Assembly (NCBI GenBank): GCA_965197585.1
Contig: OZ240215.1
Location: 448,001-512,000 of the forward strand
Source of the DNA: Dehalococcoidia bacterium
GTDB taxonomy: Bacteria > Chloroflexota > Dehalococcoidia > Plut-88900
Reading direction: 5' to 3'
Length of the DNA: 64,000 bases
This document shows positions 37,903-47,167 of the stretch, in pieces (the stretch's first letter is position 1; the number at the start of each line of letters is the position of its first letter). Below the pieces are notes generated by a model. The model made no database searches. It had not been told where the DNA came from and worked only from the letters and a program-made list of their open reading frames with translations. Both the position numbers and the translations under genes were made by a program.

Positions 37903-40350
37903 CGTCGCCGAACCCTTCTCCCTGGAGCTGGCCGGGGACATGGACGGCGTGACGCTGATGGCCCGCTGCCTCGACGACCAGGTGGTGCGCGGCCAGCTCT
38001 CCGCCCACTACCCCCAGGCCCGCATCCGGAAGGTGGACCCCGACGCCGATCCCCTGCGCATGAGCGAGGGCGAGCAGGCGTGGAGCATCACCCTGCGGGC
38101 AGACTGTCCCGAATACGTCCCCCTGCGCACCTTCAGGGACGACGACCTGCTCGACCCCGGCTCCGACCCTCTCATCGCCCTCATGGGCGCCCTCTCGGCC
38201 CTGAACGAGGGGGAGCGCGTCGTGGCCCGGCTGATGCTGCGCTCCCTCGGTCCCGACTGGTCGCAGCACCACATGGACAAGGCCCACAAGCGGCCCGGCA
38301 TGGAGCCGCGAGAGCCCGCCTACACCTACCAGACCAAGCGCCTCCAGATGGACGGCATCACAATGGCCGTCCTCGGCCTGGGCGCCCTTGCGGCCCTGAA
38401 GGGCTACCTGTGGGTGCAGGACGGGGAGATCTGGAAGGCCGCCCTCCTGGGAACGGTCACGGCCCTGGGGCTGGCCGCAGGCGGATGGGCGGGCACCGCT
38501 GGAAGAAGGCCCGGTCCCGCGTCGAGGACCCCCTGCTCATCAGGGAGAAGGTGTCCCGCATCGCCTTCGACGCGGAGATACAGGTCACGGCGGTCCTGCC
38601 CGCCGACACGGGGCGGCAGCGGGCCGGGGAGCTCCTCGGGCCGGTGGCCGCCGCATACCGCCACTTCGACAACCCCGCAGGGGCGCGGTTCAAGGTGGAC
38701 AGGGTCCGCCCCGCCGCGCCCGACCCGGCCCTGCTCCACCCGGCAGGCCCCGGACTGCTCGGCAGGCGCAGCGTCCTGGGAGTCCGCGAGGCGGCCGCCC
38801 TCTGGCACCCGCCCGGAGCGGGCGACGAGACGCCCCTGGTGGAGCGTTCCGGCGCGAAGGGGCTCATCCCCTCGGCCAGGGGAATCAGGGGAGGCGCCCT
38901 GGTGGGAGACACCACCGCGGGCAAGCCCATGCCCGTCCACTTCCCCGAAGACCTGCTCAGGAGGCACCACCTCTACGTCGCCCGCACCCGCATGGGCAAG
39001 TCCACCCTCATGCATCACATAGCCGTCCACAAGATGCGGGAGAAGGCCGAGGGCAGGGACCACGACGCCATCGTCGTCATCGACCCGCACACCGATCTCG
39101 TCGACGGGATCCTCGAACACGTCCCCGACTCCCTCATGGACAGGGTGCGCGTCATCGACCTGTCCGACGCCTCCCGCTCCCCCGGCATCAACCTTCTCGA
39201 CACCCGCATCTTCGCCGACCGCGACCGCACCGCCGACTCGGTGGTGCGCGTCGCCAAGGGCCTGTGGGAGCAGTGGGGGCCGAGGATGCAGTCCATCCTC
39301 GAACAGACGGTCAATACCCTCCACGAGGCCAACGAGCACCCCGAGACGGACGAGAACGAGCAGCACACCATCCTGGACGGGCTGCGCCTGTTGTCCAACG
39401 ACCCGTACCGGAACGCCGTCCTGGCGAAGGTCTCCGACCCCTATCTGCTTGAGTGGTGGGCCAGGGACTTCGGCAGCTGGCACCGCCAGTACCGCGCCGA
39501 GGCCCTCGCCCCCGTCCAGACCCGCCTCTCCTACTACGCATCATCCAAGAGGGCGCGGGCCATCCTCGGCCAGCGCCGCTCCACCATCGACATTCGCGAG
39601 ACCATCCTCGACGGGGGAGTCCTGCTGGTCTCCACCTCCCAGGGGACCGTGGGCAGAGACGTGGCCGCCCTGGTGGGCGCGTCCCTCCTCAACCTCGTGG
39701 ACGCCGTGATCCGGGAGCAGGGGAGCGTGGCGCTCCGGGAGCGGCGGGGGGCGCTGGTGGTCGTGGACGAGATGCAGACCATGCCCGGCGTGGACTACGA
39801 GTCCATGCTCAGCGAGCTGGGCAAGTTCGGCGCCTCCTTCATCCTCGCCACCCAGAGCCTCGCCAAGCTGGACGACCTCTCCCGAACCATGCGCGACACC
39901 CTGCTCGCCAACGTCGGGTGCCTGGCCGTCTTCCAGGTGGCCGGCTCCGACGCCCGCCACCTGGTCTGGGAGCTGGGGAAGGACCGGGTGACCGAGGAGG
40001 ACATCGTTTCCCTGCCCGTCCACCACTGCTACGTCCGCGCCACGGTCGGCACGGAGCGGATGGACTCCTTCTCGATGGAGGTGAGGAAGCCGGAGACGGG
40101 AGACCGGGACGGGGCGGACCGCATCCGCAAGGCCAGCTCCGTCTACACCGTCTCGGCCCAGCAGCTCGCCTACGCCGAGACCCAGGGCCACGGCAAGGTG
40201 GAGGAGTTCCGCAGGGGAGTCGAGACCCTGAAAGAGAGCGGCCCGCAGACAGAGGAGAAGAAGACTCCCCACGGCCCCGAGCGGTGGAAGCGGACCAGCA
40301 GGCGCAAGGCGCAGAGGAAGGAGCGTCCGGATGAAGATCAACGCCAGTGA
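37903..40350 (+). pseudogene. VirD4/TraD-like coupling ATPase, frameshifted near 38490 and probably 5'-truncated
   Basis: Frame 1 gives PFSLEL... and a TM pair; frame 2 continues HRWKKAR...ARTRMGKST, VIDPH, VVVDEMQ, LATQS. Confidence 0.8.
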
Positions 40351-41962
40351 ACGGGAGACGCTCAGCGTCATCGCGTCGTGCCCCTTCGCCGACCGGCTGG
40401 AGCTGGCCGCCATGTCCGGCGCGTCGAGGAGCGCGGTCTACGAGGCGGTCGGCAGGCTGGAGGACGCGGGCCTCGTCGCCCACGTGCCCCACGCGGCGGA
40501 CCTGATACCCCCGACCCGCCGCTACCGCCTCACCGCCGGGGGCCTGGGCGCACTGGCCGAGGCCGAGGGCGCCAGCATCGACGACCTGCTGCGCTCTCGC
40601 CCCGTCTCCGTCCAGTGGCTGCGCGTCCTGATGGACCGGCTGGACGCCCTGGCCGTCATATACCGCCTGGCATCGACCGTGACCGGCGTCGCCCACCCGG
40701 TCGGCCTCCGCCTGTACCGGGCCGGTCCCCTCGACGCCGCCTTGACCCTCCCCGGAGAGCGGACCGTGGGCATCGCCAGGCAGGGACACGCCGCCGACAG
40801 GACGGGCTTCTCGCGGCGGCTCTGGAAGCTGCGGGACGGGCCGCGCCCCGGAACGGTCCTCGTCCTGGTAGCCGACGAGGTGCGGCTGAGGCACGCCCGC
40901 AGGATGCTGCCCCGCACCGTGGAGGCGCTGCTGGCCCTGGAACGGGACGCGGCCCTCGCCGGACCCGAGGACGAGGTGTGGCGTCCCGCCGCCTCCGGTC
41001 CCCCCGCGAACCTGCGGAACGCCCTGGGGCAGCTGGCTCCCGGGGGAGAGTTGCTCGTGGAGGCCGATCCCTCGCAGGCGGACCTGCCCGGCAACGGCGC
41101 CCCGGACGCAGACCGCGCCCTGCCCGTCCTTCTCAAACCCGCCGAAAAACGCGCCCTCGACCTCATCTACGACTGGCCCTGGCCGCTCCGCACCGAGCTG
41201 GCGAGCCTGATGGCCGTCTCCGACCGCCGAGCGTCCCAGCTGGTCAACCCCCTGGAAGGGTTCGGCCTCGTGACCCGGCCCATCGACGGCAGCGGACGAC
41301 TGGCCCTCACCGAACGGGGGATCGCGCTCCTGGCCCGAAGGGACCGCACCTCCGTCGCCGTCGCGCGCAAACGGTGGAGCGTCACCCCCGTGGACTACGA
41401 GGCCCCGCTGGAGTGGCGCAACGTGACAGGCGGTCGGAGCCGCCAGCTGCTCAGGAACATCGAGCACACCGGGGCCGTCCACGCCTTCGTCGCAGCCCTG
41501 GCAAGGCAGGCCCTCGCCCTGGGGTGGGAGCTGGCCCAGATCGACCCGCCCATGAGGGCATCGAGGCACTTCAGGCACGAGGGACGGAACCGATCGGTCA
41601 ACCCCGACGCCTTCGGCGTCCTGAAGAGAGGCCCCGCAGCCTCGCCCTTCTTCCTTGAGTGGGAGAGGCGAGCGGTGCGCCCCTCGACGATGGCGACGCG
41701 GATCGCACCCTATCTGCGCTACTACTCAACTCACAGTCCCATCGACGACCACGGCGCCAGGCCCTCCGTCCTGATCGTCTTCGACGACGACATCGCCGCC
41801 ACCAACTTCCTGCGAGTGGCGGGGGACGAGATGGACCGCGCCGGGGTCAGCGTGCCCCTGTGGGTCTCCCACAGCGCGGTCATCGACGCGCTGGGCCCGC
41901 TGGGAAGGGCGTGGAGGACTCCCGGCGACTGGGAGCCCGCACACGTCCTGCTGGCCCGCTGA
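40331..41962 (+). CDS. Replication-relaxation family protein (putative relaxase), internally duplicated
   Basis: Two wHTH segments; HTGAVH...NPDAFG...FFLEWER...YLRYY; adjacent to the VirD4-like gene. Confidence 0.7.
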   Translation: MKINASERETLSVIASCPFADRLELAAMSGASRSAVYEAVGRLEDAGLVAHVPHAADLIPPTRRYRLTAGGLGALAEAEGASIDDLLRSRPVSVQWLRVLMDRLDALAVIYRLASTVTGVAHPVGLRLYRAGPLDAALTLPGERTVGIARQGHAADRTGFSRRLWKLRDGPRPGTVLVLVADEVRLRHARRMLPRTVEALLALERDAALAGPEDEVWRPAASGPPANLRNALGQLAPGGELLVEADPSQADLPGNGAPDADRALPVLLKPAEKRALDLIYDWPWPLRTELASLMAVSDRRASQLVNPLEGFGLVTRPIDGSGRLALTERGIALLARRDRTSVAVARKRWSVTPVDYEAPLEWRNVTGGRSRQLLRNIEHTGAVHAFVAALARQALALGWELAQIDPPMRASRHFRHEGRNRSVNPDAFGVLKRGPAASPFFLEWERRAVRPSTMATRIAPYLRYYSTHSPIDDHGARPSVLIVFDDDIAATNFLRVAGDEMDRAGVSVPLWVSHSAVIDALGPLGRAWRTPGDWEPAHVLLAR

Positions 41963-42027
41963 ACACGCCGTGCGGGAAGGGAGTGGAGCGGCGGCTCCAT
42001 CCCGTACCGAAAGGAGGTCTTCAACAC

Positions 42028-42315
42028 ATGGAACCGGAACGGAACGAAGAACCGAGAGGCCGCCGGAGGCGGGGAGCACGCTCAGCCGTGCGCCTCGACG
42101 CCCGGTCACTCTGGGCGCGGTTGGCGCTGCTGAACCGCTCCCAGAACTGGCTCGCCCAGGAGATAGGGATCAGCTCCGGCTATATGTCCAAGCTGGTCAC
42201 GGCAGGCCGCGCGCCCTCCGGACGCATCCGCCATAGGATGCTCAAGGCCCTCGGATTCGAGGACTTTCACGAGCTCTTCAAGCTCGATGAGGAGGACCAA
42301 GATGAAGAACTTTAG
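42028..42315 (+). CDS. XRE-family HTH protein
   Basis: AAGGAGG RBS; RSQNWLAQEIGISSGYMSKL; paralogue of 2143-2382. Confidence 0.85.
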   Translation: MEPERNEEPRGRRRRGARSAVRLDARSLWARLALLNRSQNWLAQEIGISSGYMSKLVTAGRAPSGRIRHRMLKALGFEDFHELFKLDEEDQDEEL

Positions 42316-42661
42316 TGACTTTCAGCCACCCAACGGCTTGGAGCCCGGCATCAAGATCGCCGGCCTCGTCGCGCCCTACCAGAGCGGCGCCCTGCCCCAA
42401 GACTTCCCCAACCGCGTCGAACGCCTGAAGGAGGCCAGCGACCTCACCTGGAACGAGCTCGCCGACGCCGGCGGCATCGACAGGAAGCGCTTGCACAGGT
42501 GGCGGCCCAAGAAGAACGGCAAGAAGCCCGTCAAGCCCGACGGCGACGGATACCACGCCCTCGTGAAGCTTGCGGCCCTCATTCCGGGGGGCCTCGACAT
42601 CCTCATGGGGGACGGATTCCAGCTGTACCTCTGGCAGGACTGGCAGGACCGGCAGGACTGA
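42302..42661 (+). CDS. XRE-like HTH protein (PxDF family)
   Basis: LPQDFPNRVERLKEASDLTW...LAALIPGGLDILMG; paralogue of 2379-2750. Confidence 0.75.
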   Translation: MKNFSDFQPPNGLEPGIKIAGLVAPYQSGALPQDFPNRVERLKEASDLTWNELADAGGIDRKRLHRWRPKKNGKKPVKPDGDGYHALVKLAALIPGGLDILMGDGFQLYLWQDWQDRQD

Positions 42662-42667
42662 CGTCCC

Positions 42668-42970
42668 ATGCAGTGCCAGAGCACGGACCACATGTGCGTC
42701 CGCCGCGATGCCTACCCCGACGACTTCCCCCAGGCCCTGGAGCGCTTCAAGGAGGCATCAGGAAAGACCTGGGACGAGATCGCCTGGCTGCTGGGAACGA
42801 CGACCGCCACGCTGTGGCGGTGGCGAAACGCGGGGATCAGGCCCAACGCCCACTATCTCCTCGCCCTACAGGACCTGGCCGAGAGTCTGGGACTGGGACA
42901 CCTGCTTCCACCCATTAGGGTCATAAAGGTGCCCGTCAGCGGTTCGGCGGAAGGCGTCCGGGCCGGATAG
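42668..42970 (+). CDS. XRE-like HTH protein (PxDF family)
   Basis: YPDDFPQALERFKEASGKTW...LAESLGL; paralogue of 2728-3051. Confidence 0.8.
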   Translation: MQCQSTDHMCVRRDAYPDDFPQALERFKEASGKTWDEIAWLLGTTTATLWRWRNAGIRPNAHYLLALQDLAESLGLGHLLPPIRVIKVPVSGSAEGVRAG

Positions 42971-43139
42971 ACGCGGGGGCCTCCGCGGCCCTGGATAGGA
43001 CAGCTTCAGGCTTCAAGAACGCTCGCATCCAGGTGCGAAGGGAGCACGACCGACATCAAGGAGAAAACGAGAGTCCGGCGGCTTCCGAAAAAGACGAGGG
43101 CGTGAGCGCAGGGGCCACGTGCGCCCCGCGATATGACCG

Positions 43140-43382
43140 ATGGACCAGACCTGTATGAAGGATAAGAAGAAACAGAACGGAGGGCGAAAGCCCCGCGGCG
43201 GCGCCTTTGAGATTGGCGTCATCACGGTCTCTTCCACGCCCTCACCCGACGCCCGGGACCGCCTGCGCCGCATCATCACCATGATGATCAAGCACTCCAA
43301 CAGGGACAGGCAGGCCGCGCTCGGCGAGAACGCTGCCACGAGCGACCCGCAAGCTGATGACACCACCGAGGCGGAGGCATGA
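43140..43382 (+). CDS. Small hypothetical protein
   Basis: ORF coupled (ATGA) to the next gene. Confidence 0.5.
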   Translation: MDQTCMKDKKKQNGGRKPRGGAFEIGVITVSSTPSPDARDRLRRIITMMIKHSNRDRQAALGENAATSDPQADDTTEAEA

Positions 43383-43561
43383 TGAAGCCCGAACCGTCTC
43401 TTACCGTGATCAGCCTGGGCGGGGGCGTGCAGTCCTCCGTCATGGCGCTCATGGCAAACGAGGGGGCATTCGACCGCATCCCCGACTGCGCCATCTTCGC
43501 CGACACCCGTTGGGAGCCGCCCAGCATCTATGAGCACCTGGCGTCGCTGAGAGACCGGCTA
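43379..43561 (+). pseudogene. Truncated PAPS-reductase-like (PP-loop) gene
   Basis: VISLGGGVQSS...AIFADTRWEP..IYEHL, after which similarity ends just before the IS. Confidence 0.75.
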
Positions 43562-43689
43562 GCGAGACGGCTTCGGGAACGAGTGCGAGGGTCACTGTGG
43601 GGTGTGAGGTGGGTGTGAAGACGAACGACAGAGGTCTGAGCAACCCACGGCTGCACGGGCTATCACCGGCATCGAGCGCGCAATGTTTC

Positions 43690-44604
43690 CGTAGAAATCC
43701 GACAGTCCATGTAAGCTCATGGACATGTCAAATCTCACACTGATAACGTTGGCCTGGGAGTTGTACGAGCAAGGGATGACAAAAGCGCAGATAGCGCGGC
43801 AGCTGGGTAAACACCGGGAGACGGTCCATCTGTGGGTTCGGGGCATCCAAGAACAGGGGCTGCTGCCCTTCCTTGGGCGATACGAGCAAGCCAAGAAGGG
43901 GCCCAGGTTAGGGAGGCGGGTCGACCCGATGGTGAAGCGATGGATTTGGGCCATTAGGGAGCGGGAGGCGGGGTGCTGTGGACAGAAGATCGCCTACTTC
44001 CTGGAGCGGGAACACGGGGTACGCCTGTCAGTGCCTAAGATATATGAGATCCTGAAGGAGAAGTACATCATCCGTTCCAAGTGGAAGAAGAATCGGCGTA
44101 GAGGGCCGGTGCCCACGGCCAGCAGCCCTCGCCAGGTGGTACAGATGGACACGGTGATGTTTGGAGGCCTGTTTGCCTTCACCGGCATCGACATATACAC
44201 CAGGGAGGCAGACATCCTGTTAGCCCCCTCCCTGACCGCCGCTTACGGCTGTGCCTTCCTGGAACAAGCGATGACACGGCGCTTCGATGGCAGGGTGGAG
44301 TTGATCCAAACGGACGGGGGCAGTGAGTTCAAAGAGGCCTTTGCAGAGCGGGTGTTGGCCTACTGCCAACGACACCGGGTGGCTCGGCCCTACAAGAAGA
44401 ACGAGCAGGCCTACATCGAGAGCTTCAACCGGACAGTGCGGAAAGAATGTCTGGGCTGGACCCGCTACAGCGCCCAGGACCTTCCCCAGTGCCGGAGATT
44501 AGTAGAGCAGTTCCTGGATCGGTATCACTACCACCGCCCACACCTCGCCCTCGGACTAAAGCCCCCTCTCAAGAAAGGAGTCTTCCACCTGTCGGATATT
44601 TACG
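43690..44604 (+). mobile_element. IS481-like insertion sequence
   Basis: Inverted repeats CGTAGAAATCCGACAG (43690-43705) and CTGTCGGATATTTACG (44589-44604), 14/16 match; exact termini may extend a few bases. Confidence 0.75.
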
Positions 44605-44609
44605 CATAA
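43719..44609 (+). CDS. DDE transposase (HTH plus rve core)
   Basis: QMDT, QTDGGSEF, IESFNRT, RPHLAL. Confidence 0.93.
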   Translation: MDMSNLTLITLAWELYEQGMTKAQIARQLGKHRETVHLWVRGIQEQGLLPFLGRYEQAKKGPRLGRRVDPMVKRWIWAIREREAGCCGQKIAYFLEREHGVRLSVPKIYEILKEKYIIRSKWKKNRRRGPVPTASSPRQVVQMDTVMFGGLFAFTGIDIYTREADILLAPSLTAAYGCAFLEQAMTRRFDGRVELIQTDGGSEFKEAFAERVLAYCQRHRVARPYKKNEQAYIESFNRTVRKECLGWTRYSAQDLPQCRRLVEQFLDRYHYHRPHLALGLKPPLKKGVFHLSDIYA

Positions 44610-44621
44610 TATTGCGGAGCG

Positions 44622-44650
44622 TTGACAGCCGACACCGCTCGTGGTATGTT
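44622..44650 (+). promoter_or_regulatory. Sigma70-like promoter
   Basis: TTGACA-17 nt-TATGTT with extended -10 TG. Confidence 0.6.
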
Positions 44651-44659
44651 TTGAACACC

Positions 44660-44709
44660 ACCCCTATCTCTTCGGCGGTAGGGTCGAGACCGTCCTCCGG
44701 GACGGTCTC
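44660..44709 (+). other. Two-hairpin structured leader of the NYN gene
   Basis: CCCTATC..C(TTCG)G..GGTAGGG and perfect GAGACCGTCC-TCCG-GGACGGTCTC. Confidence 0.65.
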
Positions 44710-44731
44710 TGTCTTTGTGTGGGAGTAGCGA

Positions 44732-45361
44732 TTGATCACCAACGTCTACATCGACGGCTTCACTCTCTACTACCGCGCCCTGAAGGACACGCCGTTCAGG
44801 TGGCTGGACCTACGGAGGCTGGCCGAGACGCTCCTTCCCCAGGACTCGATCAACCGGGTCTCCTACTTCACCGCGCGGCTCAACGCCCGTCCTGGGAATC
44901 CCTCTCAACGCCAGCGGCAGCAGGCGTATCTGAGAGCGCTGGCGACGCTGCCCGGCTTCGACGCGTACTACGGCGTGTTCCGGTCCGGCGTCAAGCGCCG
45001 TCCGCTAGCGGAGCCTGTGACGGGGCTGCCCCCTTACGTTCTGGTGAGGGACTCGGAGGAGAAGGGGTCGGACGTGAACCTCGCCACCCGCCTGCTGGTG
45101 GACGGGTTCAACGGGGAGTACGAGCAGGCGGTCGTCGTGTCCAACGACGCCGACTTTGCGGGAGCGATGCGGTATGTCCGGGACGACCTGGGGCTTCGGG
45201 TCACGCTAGTCAACCCGGACCCAAGGAACAGCAGTCCGAGGGAGTTGGCGGACGCCGCAACCTACGTCAAGCGCCTCTGGAAGAGCCACCTGAGACGGAG
45301 CCTGTTCCCACACACTCTTACCGACAAGATCGGAGTCATTACCAAACCAGCAGGGTGGTAA
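44732..45361 (+). CDS. NYN/PIN-domain ribonuclease
   Basis: VYIDGF.LYY, EEKGSDVNLA, VVSNDADF. Confidence 0.9.
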   Translation: MITNVYIDGFTLYYRALKDTPFRWLDLRRLAETLLPQDSINRVSYFTARLNARPGNPSQRQRQQAYLRALATLPGFDAYYGVFRSGVKRRPLAEPVTGLPPYVLVRDSEEKGSDVNLATRLLVDGFNGEYEQAVVVSNDADFAGAMRYVRDDLGLRVTLVNPDPRNSSPRELADAATYVKRLWKSHLRRSLFPHTLTDKIGVITKPAGW

Positions 45362-45401
45362 CGCTACCCAATAGTTCCACTCAAGGGAGTAAGCAGAAGA
45401 C

Positions 45402-45623
45402 ATGACAAAGCGATATGGAGCACGACTCAACTTACTGGCTGATCCAGGCGATAAGAATAAGGTCGTCTATGTCGCACAGACGATCAAGAGTGGAAGCGCC
45501 CAGAACGCTCCATATAAGATCGACCATCGTGAGGACGGGAAAGCCAAGGAGACCTTCGTGCCTTACCAGGACGATGCGGCGTTGTTGCAGGCGATTCGCG
45601 GCGCTTTGTCCGGTAGCCTTTGA
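45402..45623 (+). CDS. Small hypothetical protein
   Basis: ORF with protein-like composition between co-oriented genes. Confidence 0.5.
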   Translation: MTKRYGARLNLLADPGDKNKVVYVAQTIKSGSAQNAPYKIDHREDGKAKETFVPYQDDAALLQAIRGALSGSL

Positions 45624-45764
45624 GAGCAGTAGGAGATGAGTACAAGAAATGCTGGACCAGCTAAATGACCTGCACGGATGAGCGAGAGAAGTCTCGCCGG
45701 AACGGGGCGTGGTCGTGCTGCCAACGTACTAGTCATCCGTACACACTGAAGGAGGGAGTAATAG

Positions 45765-46895
45765 GTGTCAGACAGCAATAAATTTGATTTTCCAGGTACG
45801 TATCGCGCCGACTGTGGGCATACTCACGACTTTGATAAAGGAAGCCCCGTCATTGCATGTCCTGATTGTGGCGACGGCAAGGGCACAACATGGACCTGGA
45901 TTGAAGGGGACATACCACCCACCACGGTGATGCACCAAATAGGCTTGCCTAGTGGTACGTTGACTCTCATGTACATAGGTATACCGCCGGTCAGCGACGA
46001 GTCTACGGACGACATCACCCGCGCAATGCAAGTGTTCTCGCGGGATTGCCAGATGATGACGACGTGGTTCGTGGGCATCATGTCTAGCCGAAGGGCTATG
46101 CGGGAGCATCTAGAGCGCCTGGCCAGCCGTAGCGAGCCTCTTAGAATCACTACATTGCGTCCGGACGGCAGAGAGGAAGCTATTCTTGCTCAGATGCCTG
46201 CGGAGGAAGTCATCGAGTCGATCGGCGATGCTGGAGACTTCGAGCGTCTCTATGCCAACTCGTTCGTCGTCTTTATGTATCACCTGTGGGAAGAGACCGT
46301 CCGACCGAAGATCGCGACCGCCGTGGGAGTAGACCCCTGTCATGTGAAAGCTGACCTGATGGGGGAGTGGCGATTGCTCAGAAATTGGATCATTCATCGC
46401 AGCAAGGATGCCGAAGACGACTTCTTCAGGCGAGCCCAAACTTTGGTTGTCGCCTTAGGGCTTCAGCGGAGCATTTTGAGCCTGACAGCCAGTAATGTAT
46501 TGGTCTTAGTACGACACCTGAACAATATGAAGATCGAGATAAACCCACATTCATTGGAAATGGGGCTCGCCCTCGAGTCCGTCAGCCCGGAGATGATTGC
46601 CGATGTCGCGAGGACACTTGAGCCGGGAGAGGGGTCCATTGTACCCGTCGAGGCAGGAATGGCCCCATCGCCCGCGATTATCGTCTTTGATGAGGTACTG
46701 GCGATGATCCACGAAAACGATTGTAGTCAAATAAAGGTCCAACTACAGTCGTCTACAGCTTGGCGGCAGTTGAGAGTTTCAGATCGTTGGGTCGCGTCAT
46801 CAGTGGTTAAGCTCTTGGAGCAGGAAGAGCAACTCTGCCGAGAGTGTGCGTCTATTCCTCGTAGGTCCCACGACCACCACCCGCCCGGCCCCTAA
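45765..46895 (+). CDS. Hypothetical protein with Zn-ribbon motifs and a HEPN-like RxxxxH
   Basis: CGH...CPDC; LRNWIIH; C-terminal H...C...CREC. Confidence 0.6.
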   Translation: MSDSNKFDFPGTYRADCGHTHDFDKGSPVIACPDCGDGKGTTWTWIEGDIPPTTVMHQIGLPSGTLTLMYIGIPPVSDESTDDITRAMQVFSRDCQMMTTWFVGIMSSRRAMREHLERLASRSEPLRITTLRPDGREEAILAQMPAEEVIESIGDAGDFERLYANSFVVFMYHLWEETVRPKIATAVGVDPCHVKADLMGEWRLLRNWIIHRSKDAEDDFFRRAQTLVVALGLQRSILSLTASNVLVLVRHLNNMKIEINPHSLEMGLALESVSPEMIADVARTLEPGEGSIVPVEAGMAPSPAIIVFDEVLAMIHENDCSQIKVQLQSSTAWRQLRVSDRWVASSVVKLLEQEEQLCRECASIPRRSHDHHPPGP

Positions 46896-47106
46896 CGAAA
46901 TCTCCGATAACTCCATGTATCACAGTACGAGCGGAACACGTCTCATTAGAGTTTTGCACTTCCCTCCAGTAGTAGCCAGTCCTTTGACGCTACCCCGCCA
47001 ATCGCGGTGTGATGGTGGGCAGAAGTTGGCCCGGCGATGCTGCAAACACCCCGGGCCGTGGCGCCACCTGCGGAGACAGGTGATGCGAATAGATTGTACT
47101 ACTCGC

Positions 47107-47138
47107 AGACCCGCTCCCGACAGGAGGCGGGTCTTTTT
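47107..47138 (+). terminator. Intrinsic terminator-like hairpin just upstream of the recombinase
   Basis: AGACCCGC...GCGGGTCT followed by TTTT. Confidence 0.65.
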
Positions 47139-47167
47139 GATTTCAGGAGATTCAAGAGGAGGCAATC

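Noticed and set aside
39839-41658. 579-aa and 426-aa overlapping ORFs
   Set aside because: Low-complexity alternative frames over the relaxase-like gene
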